From assembly GCA_964637135.1 (NCBI GenBank), contig CAZWTX010000020.1, positions 1 to 46,275 on the forward strand: a DNA stretch of 46,275 bases, read 5' to 3'. Source of the DNA: an uncultured Methanospirillum sp. GTDB lineage: Archaea; Halobacteriota; Methanomicrobia; Methanomicrobiales; Methanospirillaceae. Position numbers and translations under genes: made by a program. Below, in pieces: positions 1 to 8,314 of the stretch. Within the stretch, counting starts at the first letter, position 1. Each line of letters opens with the position of its first letter. Below the pieces are notes generated by a model, which worked only from the letters and a program-made list of their open reading frames with translations, was not told the DNA's origin and searched no databases.

Positions 1-49
1 TCGAAAATTCAAAGAGTTTTCAACGTTATATGAGGATCTCAACAGAGCC
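1..49 (+). mobile_element. Probable right end of an IS5-family insertion sequence (transposase tail plus terminal inverted repeat)
   Basis: Bases 1-49 end in GAGGATCTCAACAGAGCC (reverse complement GGCTCTGTTGAGATCC), resembling GGCT(T/C)TGT(T/A)G ends of IS5/IS903-like elements. Frame 2 reads ...YEDLNRA across the end. No frame gives the UDP-glucose dehydrogenase residues expected here, and the dehydrogenase frame has TGA at 31-33. Confidence 0.6.
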
Positions 50-651
50 GAAATATCTGCAAACGGCTCGGGGTTAATGTCTATGACGTGATGGAGGGTG
101 CCGGTCTGGATCATCGGATTGGCCGGTACTTCCTCAATGCGGGAGCTGGATTCGGAGGAAGTTGTTTTCCAAAAGATGTATCTGCCCTGATCAGTCTTGC
201 CGAAGAAGTGGGTGAAACCCCTGTTCTTCTCCGTTCGGTTATCGCCGTGAATGAGAACCAGCCGCTCCGGATGCTGGATCTGGCACGGAAACGGATCGGG
301 GATCTCCACGGAAAAAAGATCGCCGTGCTTGGGCTGGCCTTTAAGGATAATACCGATGACATCCGTGACTCCCGCTCGATCCCGGTCATTGAAGGACTCA
401 TAAAAGACGGGGCCATCGTATCTGCATTTGACCCGATGGCCATGGATCAGATGAAACGGATCTTTCCTTCCATCTCCTATGCCGGGTCTGCTTCAGAAGC
501 ACTGAAAGATGCTGACTGCTGTCTGGTGATGACCGAGTGGCCTGAATTTTCCCGGTTGTCTGATGAGTTTTCGCTTATGAAACAGCCCCCAGTCATTCTG
601 GAAGGAAGAAAAATGATACCCCGCGATGATGTGGAAGGGATATGCTGGTAA
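50..651 (+). pseudogene. ugd: UDP-glucose/GDP-mannose dehydrogenase family, C-terminal half; interrupted at ~50
   Basis: From base 52: NICKRLGVNVYDVMEGAGLDHRIG...GFGGSCFPKD (catalytic Cys motif)...LGLAFKDNTDDIRDS...TEWPEF. Homology stops abruptly upstream of 50. Confidence 0.8.
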
Positions 652-652
652 T

Positions 653-1537
653 ATGACGGGAAAACCGGTTAACAAAGTGGTGATTCCGGCGGCAGGTCTT
701 GGGACCCGTTTCCTTCCGATGACAAAAGCTCAGCCCAAAGAGATGCTTCCCGTGGTTGATAAACCGGTCATCCAGTACGTCGTCGAAGAAGCAGTCTCTT
801 CAGGGATCGATGATATTCTCATCATCACCGGGAGAACCAAACGATCGATTGAGGATCACTTTGATCGGTGTCCTGAACTAGAGATGAAGTTTGGTCCCGA
901 TTCACAGAGTATCTATCATGATTCGCTCTCTACCCTCTCTTCATATCCGGAAATTCATTATGTAAGACAGCGAGAACAGCGGGGACTCGGTGATGCCGTC
1001 CTCCTTGCCGAAAAACACTGCAATGGAGAAGCCTTTGTCGTTCTTCTGGGGGATACCATCACCCTTTCCCCGCCCGGCCAACCAACCTGTACCAGCCAGA
1101 TGGTTGCAGCCTATGAAAAGTATGGGAGATCCATTATCGCGGTGGAACCGGTTCCGGATTTCAAAATCAAGGATTATGGCATTATCGATGGAACGCCCAT
1201 TGATGAAAAGACCTACCGGATTGTTGACATTGTTGAGAAACCGGCAGTGGCAGATGCTCCCTCAAACCTGGGAGCGATCGGATGCTACCTGTTCACCCCG
1301 GAGATCTTTGATCTGATAAGGGAGACCGGGAAAGGGCATGGCGGTGAGATTCAACTGACTGATGCCATCCGGAAACTGGATGAACCGATCGGGCTTATTA
1401 CCAACTGTCGGCGGTATGACATTGGAGACAAGCTGGGCTGGATGAAAGCGTTTGTAGAATTGTCCCTGATGCGGGATGAATTCAGGGATGATCTGAAAGA
1501 ACTTTTCAGGGAACTGACCGGAGATCAGAATGAATAA
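653..1537 (+). CDS. galU: UTP--glucose-1-phosphate uridylyltransferase
   Basis: VIPAAGLGTRFLPMTKAQPKEMLPVVDKP, RQREQRGLGDAV, VEKP, GEIQLTDAI; ATG at 653 just after the upstream stop. Confidence 0.95.
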   Translation: MTGKPVNKVVIPAAGLGTRFLPMTKAQPKEMLPVVDKPVIQYVVEEAVSSGIDDILIITGRTKRSIEDHFDRCPELEMKFGPDSQSIYHDSLSTLSSYPEIHYVRQREQRGLGDAVLLAEKHCNGEAFVVLLGDTITLSPPGQPTCTSQMVAAYEKYGRSIIAVEPVPDFKIKDYGIIDGTPIDEKTYRIVDIVEKPAVADAPSNLGAIGCYLFTPEIFDLIRETGKGHGGEIQLTDAIRKLDEPIGLITNCRRYDIGDKLGWMKAFVELSLMRDEFRDDLKELFRELTGDQNE

Positions 1538-2540
1538 CAAGGGAAAATCGGTTATCGAAGAAGGTATTGAGAAGGTACTCAAAGATACTGAAGATATTAA
1601 TTATGATCAGAAACGGGTTCTGATAACAGGCGGTTCAGGGTTTCTCGGATCCTGGCTCTGTGATGTCCTCCTCAGGAAAGGAGCAGAGGTTATCTGCCTG
1701 GATAATTATGCATCAGGCAGGAAGGAGAATACCGATCATCTCTGCACGGTTCCGGGTTTTACCCGGGTGGATCATGATATCTCCACTCCCTATTCACCCT
1801 CTGAGCCGGTCGACCTGGTGATGCACCTTGCCTCCCGTGCCTCCCCCCTCGAATTCACCGATTATCCAATCCAGATTTTAAAATCCAATACCCTTGGGAC
1901 GATGAATGCCCTGGGCATTGCAAAAAAATCTGGAGCACGGTTTTTATTCACCTCTACCAGTGAGATTTACGGTGAAGCACAGATCTTTCCGACTCCTGAA
2001 ACATATCGTGGCAATGTCAACACTCTTGGAATCCGGGGGTGTTATGATGAAGCAAAGCGGGCCGGAGAGGCATTCTGTATGGCCTATCACCGTCAGCATC
2101 ATCTGGATATCCGGATTGTCCGGATATTTAACACATATGGACCGCGGATGCGAAGTGATGGGCTCTATGGCCGGGTTATTCCCCGGTTCCTCGATCAGGC
2201 CAGGAATAATACACCTATCACGATATTCGGGGATGGATCCCAGACACGGAGTTTCTGTTATGTCACCGACCAGGTAACCGGGCTGTTAAAACTTGCCGGG
2301 TATGATGATATTGCCGGATCAGTGATTAATATCGGAAATCCTCTTGAGATGTCGGTTCTTTCTCTCGCGGAGAAAGTTATTGAGATCACGGATTCCAAGT
2401 CGACCATCAGTTATCATCCCCTTCCCCCCGATGATCCCTCACGCCGGTTCCCGGATATTTCAAAGGCTGCAGTGGTGTTGCAGTGGGAGCCGAAAGTGGA
2501 TCTTGATTATGGCCTCCGGGCGATGATTGAAACATCCTAG
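1530..2540 (+). CDS. UDP-glucuronate decarboxylase (UDP-xylose synthase)-like NAD-dependent epimerase/dehydratase
   Basis: ITGGSGFLGSW, HLASRASP, FTSTSEIYG, GCYDEAKR (YxxxK), RIFNTYGPRM, GDGSQTRSFCYV, DDPSRRFPDI. Confidence 0.88.
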   Translation: MNNKGKSVIEEGIEKVLKDTEDINYDQKRVLITGGSGFLGSWLCDVLLRKGAEVICLDNYASGRKENTDHLCTVPGFTRVDHDISTPYSPSEPVDLVMHLASRASPLEFTDYPIQILKSNTLGTMNALGIAKKSGARFLFTSTSEIYGEAQIFPTPETYRGNVNTLGIRGCYDEAKRAGEAFCMAYHRQHHLDIRIVRIFNTYGPRMRSDGLYGRVIPRFLDQARNNTPITIFGDGSQTRSFCYVTDQVTGLLKLAGYDDIAGSVINIGNPLEMSVLSLAEKVIEITDSKSTISYHPLPPDDPSRRFPDISKAAVVLQWEPKVDLDYGLRAMIETS

Positions 2541-2578
2541 TCATAGAACACCGGATTGAACACCATATTTTGAATTTC

Positions 2579-2603
2579 TAGTGTCCAGATATTGCGGTAA
2601 AAG
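2579..2603 (-). mobile_element. Possible terminal inverted repeat of the IS256-family remnant
   Basis: TAGTGTCCAGATATTGCGGTAAAAG resembles the GTGTC-N(n)-GTAAA layout of IS256-family ends and lies downstream of the minus-strand transposase remnant; the partner end is not visible. Confidence 0.4.
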
Positions 2604-2840
2604 TGTCTGACCCTATAATTTACACAACCGAATTCACCTGATACCGGTAAAAGGTACCATGCTAACGCTCCTTTTTTGCGGGTCATGGGAGGCCCTGCTG
2701 TACCGACTTCGCTCTCTTCAATGAGGGTTTGGGGGTTCACCCCTAATCCGGGTGGAATTGAATGTTTATTTATGTTTCATACCAGTATCAGCAGAAACAC
2801 ACGATTGGGATCTGTCCTCATGAAAGGGTTCACACGGATA

Positions 2841-3345
2841 CATTGTCAGGTTTCTTTTCCCAGTCACCCATTCTTCATTGATATCTATGAGAATCGTACC
2901 AATGAGACGAGATATTCATCAGAAGGAAATGGTCCCGCAATCCGTGCCTGCCCTTTGATCTCTTGTTAATCTGTTCCATCAGATTGGTACTCCATATTCG
3001 TTTCCAATGCTCTCAGGGGAAGTGCTGATAGTGCCGGATATCGGTAAAATACCGCTCAACTGTCTCAACGGATGTATGGAAACCCCAATTCGCCAGACGT
3101 TAGAGATCTCATCCAGATTACCGTTAGTATCAAATAATGTTGTTTTAAAGAGAATCGGAACTCCGCTTGTCTCCTAACCGGAATAATCCTCATGATTATC
3201 CGAAGAAAGGGATCTGGCACCTCTGCCGACTGGCACCGGAAAGCCCTTCCAGAACTGATGACTGGATTCCTTTGTTTCCATCAGATATGACGAATTGGGC
3301 ATCATTAAGCCACGCTCCTTCAGTTCTATAGAGAATAGCGAACCC
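2841..3345 (-). pseudogene. IS256-family (mutator-type) transposase, degraded C-terminal fragment
   Basis: Hand translation of the minus strand across frameshifts and stops: ELKERGL / DAQFVISDGNKGIQSSVLEGLSGASRQRCQIPF / VERYFTDIRHYQHFP*EHWKRIWSTNLMEQINK / EIKGQARIAGPFPSDE / ILIDINEEWVTGKRNLTM. These match IS256 motifs (SDGxKG, QxCxxH, HWxRIxTTNxxERxNxEIK, GxFP). Not in the ORF track. Confidence 0.88.
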
Positions 3346-3428
3346 TAGGCTAATAATCTTGAACATATAAGTTATTTAAATAGGCTATTGCACCAATGTG
3401 GGGTTAATCGCTATCCTCTATAAAGGAT
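3327..3428. repeat. Inverted-repeat doublet, copy 1
   Basis: Left arm 3327-3345 TATAGAGAATAGCGAACCC, 55-bp spacer, right arm 3401-3422 GGGTTAATCGCTATCCTCTATA. 3382-3428 is a direct repeat of 5386-5430. Confidence 0.75.
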
Positions 3429-3537
3429 TTACAGCTCTTTTACGTACCCTGATGTTGTAATGCCAGGATTTCTCCAGAACACGGATTATCGCAGGGTTTT
3501 TAGGTTTTTTCGGTCAGGGAATTGTCTCTTTTCGCTC

Positions 3538-3552
3538 AAACCTTAAATAATA
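3538..3552 (+). promoter_or_regulatory. Candidate BRE/TATA box of the peptidase gene
   Basis: AAACCTTAAATAATA about 35-45 bp upstream of ATG 3587. Confidence 0.4.
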
Positions 3553-3586
3553 TGATTGATATTAGTATGAAGTGAGAACCGAAAAT

Positions 3587-5284
3587 ATGGTCCGATATCT
3601 CTCATTCTTCTTTCTCCTGATTTTCATAGGGGGAATCATCCCTTCAGTTCCCGCGGATAATACCTCATCATCTGATGACCAGAATACCACGGGGATCATA
3701 TCCCTATCTGATGATACCCTCCCGGCTGATTCTGTACAAAAGGGCAGTGAATCAGTATCTTCCCCGTCTCTGGAGCAATCAGAGAGCCCGGCTGAACATG
3801 GAACATCTCTTCCCTATGTGCCTGACCGGGTGATTGTCCAATATCGTACCGGTTTATCGTCAACGGGAGATTTCTCCATAATGGCAGCAGATGTAAATGC
3901 CGAGGTTGGAGCCGAAGTCATTGCAGGGGAAGATGAACTCGGAATCCAGGGACTGCAGGTGGTTGAACTTCAGGATAACCTGTCCGTGTCTGAAGCGATT
4001 GCATTGTATGAGTCCAATCCTTCTATTGAATATGCCGAACCGGATTATCTCCTGTATATCAGTGATCCGGTTCAGAATGAAGATAATACCACCCAGGAAG
4101 AGCCTTCAGGATTTGAAATCTCCGAAGAATCAGATGATACCAGGATCACTTCACTCACCCCGAATGATCCGTATTTTTCTTCACTATACGGGATGCAGAA
4201 GCTCCATGCACCAGATGCCTGGGAGTATTCGACCGGCTCATCTGACGTGATCGTAGCAGTTGTTGACACCGGGGTCGATTACACCCATCCGGATCTTGCC
4301 GCCAACATGTGGGTAAACAGTAATGAAATTCCGGCAAACGGCGTAGATGACGATGTAAACGGATATATTGATGATTACCGGGGGTGGGATTTTTACAATA
4401 ATGACAATAATCCCGCCGATGATCACAGCCACGGTACCCATTGTGCAGGAACGGTGGGAGCAGTCGGAAACAACGGGATCGGGGTTGTCGGTGTCACCTG
4501 GAACGTCAGTATCATGCCCCTGAAATTCATGGGAGCAGGCGGTTCCGGCCCGACCAGTGCTGCGATATCAGCAATTAACTATGCCCGTATGGAAGGAGCA
4601 GATGTGATTTCCAACTCCTGGGGCGGAGATGATTACAGTTCAGCGTTGAAAACCGCGATTGACAACTCCGGGGCGGTTGTCGTCTGTGCAGCAGGGAATG
4701 ATTATGGCCGTAATACGGATGTTAATCCCCAGTACCCCTCAGCGTACACGAGCAGTAACATCATTGCCGTGTTATCAACCGATTCCAGCGATTCTCTTTC
4801 AACCTTTTCGAATATCGGACCGACCTCGGTTGATCTCGGGGCCCCCGGAACAAGTATCTACAGCACCATTCCGGGAACCGGCTATGGATCCAAATCCGGA
4901 ACCTCCATGGCAACCCCCCATGTTGCCGGACTTGCTGCCTTGGTGAAAGCCGAAAATAGTTCGCTTTCTGTTACCGAGGTGAAGGCATTGATCATGGATA
5001 ACGTGGACCCCCTTCCGGCTTTAAGCGGAAAATGTCTGAAAGGAGGACGGATTAATGCATACAAAACGATGGCTGCTGTCCCGAGGCTCACCGCACGATT
5101 CTATGGTGTTCCCGGAGTTGAGGTATTTCCTCTGACGGTCCACTTTTTTGATGCATCAACCGGTAATCCGACACGATGGAACTGGAGTTTCGGAGATGAG
5201 ACCGGCAATTCGACTGAACAGAACCCGATCCACGTGTATAATGAACCCGGTTCGTATACCGTCATCCTGACGGCGGAGGGATGA
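3587..5284 (+). CDS. Secreted subtilisin-like S8 serine peptidase with propeptide and C-terminal PKD domain
   Basis: Signal peptide; propeptide ending IEYAEPDY; catalytic triad VAVVDTG / HSHGTHCAG / GTSMATPHVAG; AAGN oxyanion motif; PKD WSFGD...QNPIHVY..PGSYTVILT. Alternative GTG start at 3572. Confidence 0.93.
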   Translation: MVRYLSFFFLLIFIGGIIPSVPADNTSSSDDQNTTGIISLSDDTLPADSVQKGSESVSSPSLEQSESPAEHGTSLPYVPDRVIVQYRTGLSSTGDFSIMAADVNAEVGAEVIAGEDELGIQGLQVVELQDNLSVSEAIALYESNPSIEYAEPDYLLYISDPVQNEDNTTQEEPSGFEISEESDDTRITSLTPNDPYFSSLYGMQKLHAPDAWEYSTGSSDVIVAVVDTGVDYTHPDLAANMWVNSNEIPANGVDDDVNGYIDDYRGWDFYNNDNNPADDHSHGTHCAGTVGAVGNNGIGVVGVTWNVSIMPLKFMGAGGSGPTSAAISAINYARMEGADVISNSWGGDDYSSALKTAIDNSGAVVVCAAGNDYGRNTDVNPQYPSAYTSSNIIAVLSTDSSDSLSTFSNIGPTSVDLGAPGTSIYSTIPGTGYGSKSGTSMATPHVAGLAALVKAENSSLSVTEVKALIMDNVDPLPALSGKCLKGGRINAYKTMAAVPRLTARFYGVPGVEVFPLTVHFFDASTGNPTRWNWSFGDETGNSTEQNPIHVYNEPGSYTVILTAEG

Positions 5285-5313
5285 AATAATCACGGTTTCA
5301 GATGATTTTGGAC

Positions 5314-5430
5314 TTCAGAGGATATCGATTAACCCATAACCCGGGGTCTGGAATATATATTCTGGCGTGAATATATCTATTCGAGAGGTTATTGCGCCAA
5401 CGAAGGGTTAATCGCTACCCTCTAAAGGAT
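5314..5430. repeat. Inverted-repeat doublet, copy 2
   Basis: Left arm 5314-5335 TTCAGAGGATATCGATTAACCC, 69-bp spacer, right arm 5405-5426 GGGTTAATCGCTACCCTCTAAA (19/22 complementary). Confidence 0.85.
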
Positions 5431-5454
5431 GAAAAACGTTACAGGGATATCCCC

Positions 5455-6813
5455 TTACACCCTCTTATAGTCATCTTCGACCCGTTCGATATCATCTTCC
5501 TCAAGGTATTCACCGATCTGCACCTCGATCACTTCAAGCGGCACTTTTCCGGAGTTTCCCAGCCGGTGAATCTTTCCTGCCGGAACGTACGTCGACTCGC
5601 CCGGCCGCAGGAAGATCTCCTTCTCACCAAGCATTACATCAGCCGTGCCATGAACGACCACCCAGTGTTCACTCCGGTGATGATGGCGCTGGAGAGAGAG
5701 ACGCCTGCCCGGATCGACGACAATCCGTTTGATCTTATACGCCGTTCCCTCCTCAAGTTCAAGGTAAGAACCCCATGGCCGGAAGACATGCCGGTGAATT
5801 TCAGTGATTGGATTGCCCTCCCGTTTGAGATCCTTAACAAGATCACCCACCTTCTCTGCCATATCCCGCCGGCAGACCAGGAGGGCATCATCCGTATCGA
5901 CGACGATCGTGTCTTTGACCCCAATAAGGGCAGTAACCCGGTCTCCGGTGCTGACAAAGTTACCGGTTGATGCATACTGGTAACATGTACCGACATTCTC
6001 GGCATCGTTCTTCTCTGCCACCTCATACCAGGCAGCAAAATTTCCGAGATCGGTCCAGTTTGCATGAAGCGGAACAACAACTACCTGTTTTGACAATTCA
6101 AGAAGTCCGTAATCAATTGAGATCGACGGAATCGTATCATAGTCCGGATTTCCGGTGCTGCAGATTCCGGCAATTTCGGGCTGGAATTTCTGAAGTTCCT
6201 CCTGAAACACCGGTACCGAAAAGAGGAACATACCGCTGTTCCAGAGATACCCTGACGAAACATACCGGACAGCAGTCTCTGCATCAGGTTTTTCCCTGAA
6301 TTCCCTGACATGATACCCCGGGGAAAGCGCCTCCCCCGGAGCAATATAACCATAGCCGGTATGCGGAGAGGTCGGCGGGATGCCGAAGGTGACCAGATGA
6401 TGTATGCCAAGCGGGAGGGCTGCCGTAATCTCTTCCACAGCAGACGGGCCCAGGAGATGATCGCTTGGAAACACCACGACACAGGCTTCAGGATCAGCAG
6501 TCCTGATCTGTGAAACTGCCCACGCAATTGCAGGTAGGGTGTTCTTTCCTTCGGATTCGGAGAGTATGAAATTATCGCGGACCGGGAATCCAAGCTCCTC
6601 GATCTGGTCACAGGCAAGGAACCGGTGAAGTTCATTTGTAACGACCAGAATCCGTTCTTCTCCCGACAAGGCAACTGCCCGCTGATATGTTTTCTGAAAG
6701 AGTGAATTTTCACCATCAACCTGGAGAAACTGTTTTGGATAGTGCGTCCGGGACAGAGGCCAGAGCCGGGTTCCCACCCCTCCTGCGAGAATGACGGTAT
6801 ATAGCGAAGACAT
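5455..6813 (-). CDS. manC: Mannose-1-phosphate guanylyltransferase / mannose-6-phosphate isomerase
   Basis: VILAGGVGTRLWPLSRTHYPKQF, FPSDH, TGYGYI, FREKP, WNSGMF, SIDY; C-terminal cupin RPWGSY...LSLQRHHHRSEHW...GEYLEEDDIER. ATG at 6813 chosen. Confidence 0.95.
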   Translation of the reverse strand: MSSLYTVILAGGVGTRLWPLSRTHYPKQFLQVDGENSLFQKTYQRAVALSGEERILVVTNELHRFLACDQIEELGFPVRDNFILSESEGKNTLPAIAWAVSQIRTADPEACVVVFPSDHLLGPSAVEEITAALPLGIHHLVTFGIPPTSPHTGYGYIAPGEALSPGYHVREFREKPDAETAVRYVSSGYLWNSGMFLFSVPVFQEELQKFQPEIAGICSTGNPDYDTIPSISIDYGLLELSKQVVVVPLHANWTDLGNFAAWYEVAEKNDAENVGTCYQYASTGNFVSTGDRVTALIGVKDTIVVDTDDALLVCRRDMAEKVGDLVKDLKREGNPITEIHRHVFRPWGSYLELEEGTAYKIKRIVVDPGRRLSLQRHHHRSEHWVVVHGTADVMLGEKEIFLRPGESTYVPAGKIHRLGNSGKVPLEVIEVQIGEYLEEDDIERVEDDYKRV

Positions 6814-6899
6814 CTTATATACATTGTTCAATCTCCGTTCATCAAACCACCGACAGGAGATAATAAGGGAACACACACTGACATCTGTTGCAGGTTGTT

Positions 6900-8063
6900 A
6901 TGAGATCTTTCTGGCTCATCCTCATCATTCTCCCTTTTCTGGTACTATGCGGGTGCATGGACACCGGACAGACAAACCCTCCTGAAGTGATACCCGGTCC
7001 GTCAATCATTGATATCGAAGATATCGCAGCGAGCAGCAGTGAGTTCACCCTGAAGGATTCACTTGGCCGCGATGTATCAGTTCCCCGGAATGTAACCTCG
7101 GTTCTCTGCTCAGGTAACGGATGTATGCGCTATCTCTCCTATCTTCAGGCGACGGATATGGTCTCCCGTATCGACCGGGCTGAACATGATTTTGCAGATA
7201 TCGCCCAGGTACCATACCTTCTTGCTAATCCGTTTCTCCAGCATATCCCTGCCCAGGATCCCCCGCTGACACCGGCCCAGATCCAGAACCTTCCCGTCAG
7301 GCCGGGAGTTATCATCCTTATCAACCAGACCGGGCTGTTCCAGCCTGATGAACTGGAAGAACTGACCGGGGTTCCAGTCCTGGTGCTGCAGGAAGGGGAT
7401 CTGGCGGACGGAAGAGATCAGATGGATTATACCCTTCGAGTGATGGGGCTCATCCTGAACCGGAGTGACCGGGCCGAAGAAGTGATCCGGTTTTTTGATA
7501 AACTGACCGATAACCTGCAGAACAGGGTCTCTACAATCGCAGAGTTTCAGCACCGGGATGCATATATCGGAGGCATACCGGCTGACGGGAAAGCGCCTCT
7601 CTCATCCACAGACCCGGCATATATTCCCTTTTCCCTTGTCGGGGTGATAAACCTGGCAGCATCGGATAATCTCCCTCCCTCGGTCCGGGTATCAGGCCAG
7701 CTCCCGGATTCAGCGATCAGGAAGATCTCGCCGGATGCCTTTTTTGTTGATCTCTCTACAATGCAATTTAAACCGGCTGGAACTGAAGAATTTGAGAAAG
7801 ACTCTGACTGGTCTGAGATGGCTGCCATCAGGGAGGGAGAGGTGTACGGCCTCCTGCCGGCAACCCTGATCGGAAGAAACCACGAGATTGACCTGATCAA
7901 TGCGTACAAGGTGGGGAAAGTGCTCTATCCCGAGAAATTTACCGATGTGGATCCAGAAGTCATGGCTGACTATATCCTCGCATTCCTCTACGGACGACCG
8001 TTATATGACCAGATGAACCAGGCGTTCAACAACATGGCCCTGTCACGACTTCCCGTATTCTGA
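6900..8063 (+). CDS. ABC transporter substrate-binding lipoprotein, iron-siderophore/cobalamin type
   Basis: Signal peptide ending LCGC; TLKDSLGRDVSVP, ELEELTGVPV, RAEEVIRF, AIREGEVY, GKVLYPEKF. Confidence 0.8.
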   Translation: MRSFWLILIILPFLVLCGCMDTGQTNPPEVIPGPSIIDIEDIAASSSEFTLKDSLGRDVSVPRNVTSVLCSGNGCMRYLSYLQATDMVSRIDRAEHDFADIAQVPYLLANPFLQHIPAQDPPLTPAQIQNLPVRPGVIILINQTGLFQPDELEELTGVPVLVLQEGDLADGRDQMDYTLRVMGLILNRSDRAEEVIRFFDKLTDNLQNRVSTIAEFQHRDAYIGGIPADGKAPLSSTDPAYIPFSLVGVINLAASDNLPPSVRVSGQLPDSAIRKISPDAFFVDLSTMQFKPAGTEEFEKDSDWSEMAAIREGEVYGLLPATLIGRNHEIDLINAYKVGKVLYPEKFTDVDPEVMADYILAFLYGRPLYDQMNQAFNNMALSRLPVF

Positions 8064-8175
8064 TATTCACGGGTAAATCAAAAGGATCACATTTTTTCCC
8101 GTGCCTGCAATCAGGGCATCACTTTTTTCATTGAAAAATACAAGACGAAAAATGAACAGTGCCAACAAAAGAATA

Positions 8176-8249
8176 TGGGCTCGCTGAGATTCGAACTCAG
8201 GATCTCCGCCATGTCAAGGCGACGTCATAACCAGCTAGACCACGAGCCC
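8176..8249 (-). tRNA. tRNA-Val(GAC)
   Basis: GGGCTCGTGGTCTAGCTGGTTATGACGTCGCCTTGACATGGCGGAGATCCTGAGTTCGAATCTCAGCGAGCCCA: 7-bp acceptor stem, anticodon loop TTGACAT, TTCGAAT T-loop; CCA not encoded. Confidence 0.97.
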
Positions 8250-8280
8250 CGGTTGTGCCTTACAATGTAGCACCCGGTCG

Positions 8281-8294
8281 CATATATACACTTT
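8281..8294 (-). promoter_or_regulatory. Candidate BRE/TATA box of tRNA-Val
   Basis: Minus strand AAAGTGTATATATG about 32-45 bp upstream of the tRNA 5' end. Confidence 0.5.
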
Positions 8295-8314
8295 GATTCA
8301 GTATGAAAACGGGG

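Noticed and set aside
2537..2969. ORFs 2537-2740(-) and 2676-2969(+)
   Set aside because: They lie over the IS256 remnant and its end, with no recognisable motifs.
3327..5430. Repeat doublets as integron attC sites, casposon ends or a CRISPR array
   Set aside because: Outer ends lack RYYYAAC/GTTRRRY cores; no integrase, casposase or cas gene; no target-site duplication seen; no regular repeat-spacer period. Kept only as an unexplained repeat.
8176..8249. tRNA-Val as an integration site
   Set aside because: No integrase and no duplicated tRNA fragment noticed in the window.
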